This document shows, in pieces, positions 54,720-64,000 of a DNA stretch of 64,000 bases (its first letter is position 1; the number at the start of each line of letters is the position of its first letter). This stretch comes from Eledone cirrhosa (lineage: Eukaryota). The position numbers and the translations under genes were made by a program. The notes below the pieces were generated by a model. It had not been told where the DNA came from, ran no database searches, and saw only the letters and a list, made by a program, of their open reading frames with translations. The stretch covers positions 399,652,001 through 399,716,000 of the forward strand of contig OZ024740.1 in assembly GCA_964016885.1 (NCBI GenBank), in the 5' to 3' direction.

Positions 54720-55262
54720 GCTGTCCCTCCACAGCCCCAGCGGACAGAATAAAGAAGGCGTTTCCCCAGAGAACGGCAAGAGAGACGCGCTGGAAAAGCC
54801 ACTCCAACTCGCAGGGCTCACACCTGCGGCTGGCTGGCCAGCTCAGCGCCTATGGTGGTGAGTAGGGAGGTAGCTCTAGGGCCAAGGACACCAGAAGTAT
54901 CCACTGCGAAAGGCACAACTGCAAACCTGTCGGAGAGCGACTGGTATTTGAAGAGTTTGGCCTCCTCAGCCCGATGTGCATCAGAACCTGGATTAGTTGC
55001 AGACTGCACCAGTTTGCGGCTGCAGAAAGTGTTGGTGCAAGTGGCATCCCAGACGAGGGGTTTGCCACCATGGAACAGGAAGATGGTCATGCCATCTGGC
55101 CTTTTGCTGTCCCCTTGGTCCAGCCCCACCGGCTCGAGCTGGGAAGGGAATCCTGTAGCATCCAAGCCATGCTTTATGATCTCATTGAGGGCAGCATGGC
55201 GTGGAAGGCGGCCGGTACTATGGCAACAGGAGAGCGGGTGAAGGCCGAAAGTGTCCACGGTA
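54720..55262 (-). mobile_element. CRE-clade non-LTR retrotransposon 3' fragment (Zn knuckle + restriction-like endonuclease)
   Basis: D..G.H.LSC, RH, RPDG, WDATC, EEAK..KY and PFAVD..G, then after a frameshift WLFQRVSLAV..GNA. Confidence 0.88.
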
Positions 55263-55867
55263 GACTTTTGAATCTATTGGGAACCTGTTGGTCACTATTT
55301 CAGTCTGTGGTGTTTAAGACATTTGAGAGCTCTGCTGCTGACAACCTGGTCATTGTCATTGTGTTTATGAATAAAGTATATTTTAAAAAATGTGTAGAAA
55401 TTTGAAGATTAAACTATTAGACTGCTCAGCTAATATATACATAAATAGATAATTTTTAGTTTACATTTGGAACTTGCGTTTCACTTCACCAGACAATGAG
55501 AGTGGTAAGCTGAACCTGCTGAAAATAGCAGCCAAATCTCTCTCAACTCACACTGCCATTAACAAAAAAAATATTGAACAATATAGTCTTAAATATACCA
55601 AAAAAAAAAATTCCCCAAAAACAAAACAAAAAAAAACGTGATGGTCATAGCAGGAGTATCCATAGATTTCCTTGAGCAAGACAGACCACAAACTAAACAA
55701 TAACAGATTTTTCAAAGACTCCATTTTCTTGAAAAAGTTAGAAACATTACCCCCAACCAACCCCACTCATTATATATAGAACTATTTCCATCTTGAAGTA
55801 CGTATTTTTCATAAATATGTGCTTTTTGTATGTGTAGAAAATACTGTGTTTCTTAAAAGATATATGG

Positions 55868-55920
<53 letters not shown>

Positions 55921-56538
55921 TGTATGTATATATATATATATATATATTAGTGTGTGAGTTTACTTTCAAGAAATATAAATTAATCGATATGTTCTAAATA
56001 TAAGCAGTATTTCAAGTGCTCCCCGCCCACTGTTTACTGTTTATTTCACGAGGCAAGTGAGCCTCCACGTGGTCGTTCAAACAGCTAGAAACAACAGCTA
56101 AATATCCTCCTACTGTTGCGAAAGAAATAAAGGGACCTTGTGTAATCTTAGATACGCTATCGGAATAAGAGACGGAAGCACAGGGTTGGAATGCGGACCT
56201 GGCGCTAAATAACAACTGTTTACGTCAGTACGTTGACATTTCGTTACTTCCGATTTAAAACACTAGATATTCTTTAAACAGAATACTGTTTAGTTTCTTC
56301 GTTATTCAAACTTGAAAAAGAATATATATATATATAGTTGCTTCACACACTGAACATTAAAATTAAACTATTATTATCTTAGTTCCAACACCAATTTTTG
56401 TTATCGCAAGTGCGCGAAAAGTTGTTTGTTTTCGTGTTACATTCGTCCAGCTTACGTAGGTTATGCCACGATATGTATCCTCGTTGATTATATCCTTAAT
56501 CATGTTGTTGACAAGCTTCATGTATAACATTGTTAGTA

Positions 56539-56726
56539 AATAATTGTTTCTACTTTTGGCACAAGGCCAGCAATTACCCAGTTCATTACTGGTACTTTAT
56601 TTTATCGACCCCGTAAGGATGAAAGGTAAAGCTAACCTCGGCGGGATTTGAACTCAGAATGGCACGGGCCATAACTCTATGCGTCAAAGCATGGCGTCCG
56701 ACCCTCTACTGATACTGCTAATCCAC
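56539..56726 (-). mobile_element. tRNA SINE with TSD
   Basis: Homologous to 2699-2880; flanking duplication TAGTAAATAAT. Confidence 0.9.
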
Positions 56727-57157
56727 TAGTAAATAATACTACTGTCACTATAGAATATTTCAAGACATACATTAATCAAAACAACAGCATCTAGTCGGTG
56801 CTCGTAAACTGGTAACATAACTCGAATACATACTACGATGTTGACTATAATGCAGTGACTCGTGTCTATGAATAAATATTATTTGTATACTAGTATGAGA
56901 CTTGCGATAAACAAAAATGTCAAACTAGTTGATGACGGGTAGTAAGTAGGGTATAGTGCACGGTTTAATTTAGATATGATGTGTACATGCTAAGTGAAAG
57001 AGTTATTCTAAACACATTAAAATAATATAATGGGATTTAACCGATGTTATTAGAATTCTATATACACCAAACAATATTACTGACCACGCCTTGGGGAGAA
57101 AACAAAACGTAGGGAAGGGATTACATGGTTATAATCAACAAATTATATGGAATTTAC

Positions 57158-57281
57158 CTTTATTAACTGGATCTTCAAGAAAGCGTTTAAAATCGGTTAC
57201 AAGTTCTTTGTTGGTGCATTTTCCTCCAGCTTCTAACATAAAGTTTAAAACACATTCTAAATTCAACTCCTTGACCGCCAT
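57158..57281 (-). CDS. SOWAH: SOWAH-family (sosondowah) ankyrin-repeat protein, coding exon 1 (MAVKELNLECVLNFMLEAGGKCTNKELVTDFKRFLEDPVNK)
   Basis: ATG at 57281-57279 and donor G|GTAAAT (phase 1). The peptide resembles the SOWAH N-terminal domain as I recall it (V..F..E.GG.V.N.EL...FK..L). It splices in frame to exon 2. The region is locally richer in CpG. Confidence 0.85.
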
Positions 57282-57550
57282 ATCGGTAAATAAACAAGCT
57301 ACCGGAACCGGAAGAGCTGTCAACTGGGTGTTGTGCGATGCAGTAAAAATTAATCTAACTCAGCTGATTGTTTTAATTTTGTACGATTGCGTATGTCAAT
57401 AATCCTAATTGTTATCATATTTATTTTTCACTGAGAGAATTTATATATATTTCAGCGAGCTACTTACTCAAATTGTAATCTTATTACTGATTAATGCAAA
57501 TAAATATGACAATTATATTTCGTAACACTAATTACTAGTTTTATTACTAA

Positions 57551-60500
57551 CTAGCAGTAAAGCCCGGCGTTGCTCGGGGTCGCTCAGTAGCTGTGTTAAA
57601 GTTACAATGTTAAGTTTCTTTTTTGGCTTAAAAACTGTAGTGTCTACTGTGCAGACTTGCATGTGGTGTTTTTGATTAATATTCCCTCAACCAACAATAT
57701 GCCTTATGAAGTTAAGAAAACATAACGATAACCCGAATGTTATAACAAAAGAGGATGCTGGGGATAAAAACTGCACTGGTTATTTATTAACAAAGATCGA
57801 AAATGTAAACACTGCAACGCAGAGAAAAACATTAGCGTAACCAAATTATCAGTTATGTCTGTCTGCACGCCTATATCACCTCTCTGCACGACTATCTGTC
57901 TGCACGCCTATATCACCTCTCTGCACGACTATCTGTCTGCACGCCTATATCACCTCTCTGCACGACTATCTGTCTGCACGCCTATATCACCTCTCTGCAC
58001 GACTATCTGTCTGCACGCGTATATCACCTCTCTGCACGACTATCTGTCTGCACGCCTAACGACGAAATATTTGCTTGTTTTACGTAGTCTTTAAATAGAC
58101 TTGTTTTCAAGTAAAAATATTGTTTTAAAATGCTTTTAAATGGAAATGAAGCAAAACGGAAGCTTAGTGTTCGAACTGATGAATTTTACAGGTCAATATT
58201 TTGCTGGCTCGACAACTGTTCGTGTATTGTAATTTTTTACGTAAGACGCTCAATGTAAACAGAACAAAGGGAAATAACTGATCACTTACGCTCAAAAATC
58301 GATACATTATATTCGATTCCGTCAGATAGGGTGGGTCAATTTGAAATTTTTTTTTTTCCGATGTCTTCGCTAGGGCTCAATGTACAAGTCTCGCAATTTC
58401 GGTGCAATTCCGTGAGAGATTCTAAGAGGAGATGTGTGCCAAAAATCGATAGACAGACAGACAACCACAGTTTTATATATATAGACTAGCAGTAAAGCCC
58501 GGCGTTGCTCGGGGTCGCTCAGTAGCTGTGTTAAAGTTACAATGTTAAGTTTCTTTTTTGGCTTAAAAACTGTAGTGTCTACTGTGCAGACTTGCATGTG
58601 GTGTTTTTGATTAATATTCCCTCAACCAACAATATGCCTTATGAAGTTAAGAAAACATAACGATAACCCGAATGTTATAACAAAAGAGGATGCTGGGGAT
58701 AAAAACTGCACTGGTTATTTATTAACAAAGATCGAAAATGTAAACACTGCAACGCAGAGAAAAACATTAGCGTAACCAAATTATCAGTTATGTCTGTCTG
58801 CACGCCTATATCACCTCTCTGCACGACTATCTGTCTGCACGCCTATATCACCTCTCTGCACGACTATCTGTCTGCACGCGTATATCACCTCTCTGCACGA
58901 CTATCTGTCTGCACGCGTATATCACCTCTCTGCACGACTATCTGTCTGCACGCGTATATCACCTCTCTGCACGACTATCTGTCTGCACGCCTAACGAAAT
59001 TTACCGATACATATATTTTAAATAAACTTATATAATTTTTGCTTTTTTTTACGAAATATTTGCTTGTTTTACGTAGTCTTTAAATAGACTTGTTTTCAAG
59101 TAAAAATATTGTTTTAAAAGGCTTTTAAATGGAAATGAAGCAAAACGGAAGCTTAGTGTTCGAACTGATGAAGCTGTGTTAAAGTTACAATGTTAAGTTT
59201 CTTTCTTGGCTTAAAAACTGTAGTGTCTACTGTGCAGACTTGCATGTGGTGTTTTTGATTAATATTCCCTCAACCAACAATATGCCTTATGAAGTTAAGA
59301 AAACATAACGATAACCCGAATGTTATAACAAAAGAGGATGCTGGGGATAGAAACTGCACTGGTTATTTATTAACAAAGATCGAAAATGTAAACACTGCAA
59401 CGCAGAGAAAAACATTAGCGTAACCAAATTATCAGTTATGTCTGTCTGCACGCCTATATCACCTCTCTGCACGACTGTCTGTCTGCACGCCTAACGACGA
59501 AATATTTGCTTGTTTTACGTAGTCTTTAAATAGACTTGTTTTCAAGTAAAAATATTGTTTTAAAATGCTTTTAAATGGAAATGAAGCAAAACGGAAGCTT
59601 AGTGTTCGAACTGATGAATTTTGCAGGTCAATATTTTGCTGGCTCGACAAACGCTGAGAAAGCCAGCGTAATTTTTTACGTAAGACGCTCAATGTAAACA
59701 GAACAAAGGGAAATAACTGATAACTTACGCTCAAAAATCGATACATTATATTCGATTTCGTCACATAGGGCGGGTCAATTTGAAATTTTTTTTTTCCGAT
59801 GTCTTCGCTAGGGCTCAATGTACAAGTCTCGCAATTTCGGTGCAATTCCGTGAGAGATTCTAAGAGGAGATGTGTGCCAAAAATCGATAGACAGACAGAC
59901 AACCACAGTTTTATATATATAGACTAGCAGTAAAGCCCGGCGTTGCTCGGGGTCGCTCAGTAGCTGTGTTAAAGTTACAATGTTAAGTTTCTTTTTTGGC
60001 TTAAAAACTGTAGTGTCTACTGTGCAGACTTGCATGTGGTGTTTTTGATTAATATTCCCTCAACCAACAATATGCCTTATGAAGTTAAGAAAACATAACG
60101 ATAACCCGAATGTTATAACAAAAGAGGATGCTGGGGATAAAAACTGCACTGGTTATTTATTAACAAAGATCGAAAATGTAAACACTGCAACGCAGAGAAA
60201 AACATTAGCGTAACCAAATTATCAGTTATGTCTGTCTGCACGCCTATATCACCTCTCTGCACGACTATCTGTCTGCACGCCTATATCACCTCTCTGCACG
60301 ACTATCTGTCTGCACGCGTATATCACCTCTCTGCACGACTATCTGTCTGCACGCGTATATCACCTCTCTGCACGACTATCTGTCTGCACGCGTATATCAC
60401 CTCTCTGCACGACTATCTGTCTGCACGCCTAACGAAATTTACAGATACATATATTTTAAATAAACTTATATAATTTTTGCTTTTTTTTACGAAATATTTG

Positions 60501-61361
60501 CTTGTTTTACGTAGTCTTTAAATAGACTTGTTTTCAAGTAAAAATATTGTTTTAAAAGGCTTTTAAATGGAAATGAAGCAAAACGGAAGCTTAGTGTTCG
60601 AACTGATGAAGCTGTGTTAAAGTTACAATGTTAAGTTTCTTTCTTGGCTTAAAAACTGTAGTGTCTACTGTGCAGACTTGCATGTGGTGTTTTTGATTAA
60701 TATTCCCTCAACCAACAATATGCCTTATGAAGTTAAGAAAACATAACGATAACCCGAATGTTATAACAAAAGAGGATGCTGGGGATAGAAACTGCACTGG
60801 TTATTTATTAACAAAGATCGAAAATGTAAACACTGCAACGCAGAGAAAAACATTAGCGTAACCAAATTATCAGTTATGTCTGTCTGCACGCCTATATCAC
60901 CTCTCTGCACGACTGTCTGTCTGCACGCCTAACGACGAAATATTTGCTTGTTTTACGTAGTCTTTAAATAGACTTGTTTTCAAGTAAAAATATTGTTTTA
61001 AAATGCTTTTAAATGGAAATGAAGCAAAACGGAAGCTTAGTGTTCGAACTGATGAATTTTGCAGGTCAATATTTTGCTGGCTCGACAAACGCTGAGAAAG
61101 CCAGCGTAATTTTTTACGTAAGACGCTCAATGTAAACAGAACAAAGGGAAATAACTGATAACTTACGCTCAAAAATCGATACATTATATTCGATTTCGTC
61201 ACATAGGGCGGGTCAATTTGAAATTTTTTTTTTCCGATGTCTTCGCTAGGGCTCAATGTACAAGTCTCGCAATTTCGGTGCAATTCCGTGAGAGATTCTA
61301 AGAGGAGATGTGTGCCAAAAATCGATAGACAGACAGACAACCACAGTTTTATATATATAGA
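57551..61361 (-). mobile_element. Head-to-tail array of three non-autonomous Helitrons (57551-58485, 58486-59923, 59924-61361)
   Basis: Each unit on the minus strand starts TCTATATATATAAAA with (CTGT)n and ends with the hairpin CCCGAGCAACGCCGGG followed by CTAG. The array sits between host A and T with no TSD, and the junctions are CTAG|TC. Confidence 0.92.
57856..58057. repeat. 37-bp minisatellite internal to the Helitron (also at 58790-58992, 60228-60430, and short versions near 59440 and 60880)
   Basis: Unit TATCTGTCTGCACGCCTATATCACCTCTCTGCACGAC, about 5 copies. Confidence 0.95.
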
Positions 61362-62014
61362 TTAGTGTTAAGAAATAAATTAGCTTCCTTTATCATTCGC
61401 TAACGTATATAAAAAAACAACCTAATTTACGTTTTTTCTTCTTGTAATGATTAGTGAATTAAACCATTTGTGGTTGGCCTTATTGTTTGGGATCCCAGTT
61501 ATTTTTAAATGTATTGTGAATATTTTTTTGCATGTTGTACAAAATAATTTGTTTCTTATGTATAGAAAATGATGTTGCTGTTTAACCTTAGGTCATCTAC
61601 GTATGTGAGTGATACATTGAGCCTGACAATATAATCTGTATGCTACTAGGCCTTTGGTTACATGGTATTTTTTTTATAACCTTGTCTCATTGTTTATTCT
61701 CACCTTGTATGTTAATTTGTATTTTACTTTAGGAATTAAGATAACCTGTTTAGTAACTCGGTAGAAACGTCTATATATGGTATCTAGTTATATGTTGAAT
61801 ATGTGGGTTCACATTATAATGTAAAAAATCTTGAGTTAAGCTTTCATCAACAAAGGACGTTTAACAGATGATATAGACATCAACGATGTTAGATCTGATT
61901 GAAATTAGATATGAAAACTTCATACCTGATTTCAATGTCTCTTTATCTGCTAGAGTGGGTTATTTGGCTGCTATTTCTTATAGACTTAAATATGCTGCGT
62001 GAATGTTTGTACAT

Positions 62015-62150
62015 AGTATGGCTAAATGGTTAAGAAGTTCACTCTACACTCAGCAGCTCCCACGTTTGACCCCCATTGTGTGGAATCTTGGGCAAGTGCC
62101 ATTTTATGTAGTCTCGGGTTGACTTGGGCCTTGTGAGGAAAACTGGGATG
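62015..62150 (+). mobile_element. Degenerate CORE-type tRNA SINE
   Basis: TGGCTAAATGG A box, degenerate B box and CTTGGGCAAGTG core. Confidence 0.5.
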
Positions 62151-64000
62151 AGAGAAACTGTTTGGAAGCTCATCAGATGGATTGCACCAGGAATTCAAAG
62201 AACCAGCCTTGTCGCATACTGTATTATACTGTATCTTCCCAAGAATTAAGTTAAGAGTATACATGTTTGTGGAATACTCACCTACTTGCATGTTAATTTC
62301 ATGAGCAGGCTGTTCCATTAATTGAACATCGAGCATATTCATTGTTGAAATCAATGGAGGTTAATTTCATTCCATTTCATACCTTTTTAAGAATTCAGTA
62401 TACATGAAGAAAGTTGGTGTTGTTATGAAAGAGGATGATAAACATGACAAATACAATCATTTTGGTTAGATATATAATTTTACTTCACTTCAGTAAAAAA
62501 GGAAAAAGAATATGATTATTCCAAATCATAAAAATATAAAGTTATATGGAAGCACTCACAAATGAATACAGTATTCGAAAAGTCCTTGTTTGCTAAAGTA
62601 GAAGGCGCCAAGTTATAGCCAGTCAGTATTATCAGCATAGGTAGTAGTAAAAGCACAGTGCAAAGAGCTACTTCAATAGCAGATGATTCTGTGTGTAGTT
62701 GAAATGGCGATGGAAGAATTGCTGTTGGGCCTTTGTAAACAAGGCCGAGTTTTTTTTTTTGTTAAGAGCTAGTGATGCTTCTCTTCCAAGTTACTAGAGT
62801 TGACTGAGACAAAAGGAGAACTTATCTCGCTTTCACTTTGAGCTGACCAGCCACTCCAGACAAACTGATGCCAACTCGGACAAAAGAGAAATGGCAGCTA
62901 GATGTCATTCGGGGATTAGTGTGTGAAGAGATTTTGCTACATATATATATGACTGCAGAAGGTTGGTAATTTCCATTGGATTACCAATGCTGCTTTGTGC
63001 CCATTGTCAAATTACTTGACATTCAACAGTTCAATCCACTCACTTCAAAGTAAATATTTTGAGTAGGGAAAACTTCTTTATGTGAATCATTCATAATATT
63101 GATTTCTAGCATTGGCTGGAGCAAGGCCACAAGTATAGCAGCAAGATATAGTAATTGACTAATACTTTATTTTATTGACACTGGGAAGATGACAAACAGG
63201 CTGACCCCAGCAAGATTTGAATTCTTGCTGAAATTATTTTTCCCTTTCTCCAGTCTTGGCACAATATAATAAGTACCACTCAAATACTGAGGTCAATTTG
63301 GTTGACTCTACCACCTCCCTAAAATTGTCTGCAGTGAGTCACAGTAGGAAATAGTAATATAATTTTGTACTATCTATCTTAACCCCGAGAAGATGAAACT
63401 TTACTAGTATAGGACATGAAAATACATACTGATAGACATATATTGAATAGTGTACCAGATATAAAGACCAATTGATCTTAGAAAATCACAAATATATAAT
63501 CTGTTCTGTGATTGATCTGTCGTATCTTACCTATCAGTTTGTTGTAAGAAGCACCTGCTCATTGCAAGAATCAACTAAAAGCATTGGCACCGGGAAGGAA
63601 CACCATGGTGAACATTAAATCTTTCATAGAATCTATCAGTTTGTGTAAGAGCATTTTCTTTTTTCATGGTATGTTATTTATATTCAAACCTGGATATTAA
63701 CGATTTATAATTAGAGATGCACTGATAATCAAATTGGCTAATTATCCTTTAATTGGCTTTGTTTTATTGGCTGGTACCAATTAATCAGTTGCCAATTATT
63801 TATAACGTTATTATGTATTATGATAAGAAAATGAGTATTATAATTAATTGCAAGTAATATATTATAATATTTTTTAATTAATCACAATTATGGAGCTAGT
63901 CTTGTACCCCCCCCCAAATGAATAAAGTAACCGTCACTACTTCCATTTTTCCATGTTTGCATAGATTAGATGAGTCTTCTCTGGTAGAGCACCTCTCCAT

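Noticed and set aside
57282-57323. N-terminal extension MTALPVPVACLFTD in the ORF track
   Set aside because: It starts at TTG, not ATG. SOWAH similarity begins at the ATG at 57281.
57855-61340. Repeated 75-147 aa ORFs, and 37-bp repeats as a CRISPR or gene cluster
   Set aside because: These are translations of a non-coding Helitron and its spacer-less minisatellite. No Rep/helicase motifs are present.

Overview
Eukaryotic, AT-rich, repeat-dense DNA. The mix of RTE/CR1/CRE LINEs, tRNA-SINEs and microsatellites suggests an invertebrate, probably a cephalopod such as Octopus (inference only). One host gene spans most of the window on the minus strand: a sosondowah/SOWAH-family ankyrin-repeat gene. 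I reconstructed six GT-AG coding exons with matching phases (57281-57158, 40126-40065, 32072-31725, 30141-30001, 6976-6923, 5344-5243; 277 aa). They run from the N-terminal domain to the start of the ankyrin region, and the rest was not found in the window. The introns hold four young RTE LINE copies, all with a C4HC3 PHD-like finger inside the reverse transcriptase. Three of them form a tandem array whose middle copy looks like an unequal-crossover chimera. The introns also hold CR1, CRE and mariner relics, many SINEs with target-site duplications, TTAA- and hAT-type MITEs, and minisatellites. A head-to-tail triple array of a non-autonomous Helitron sits 270 bp upstream of the start codon. 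No prokaryotic-type systems (CRISPR, operons, rRNA) are present. Most short ORFs in the supplied track are spurious.
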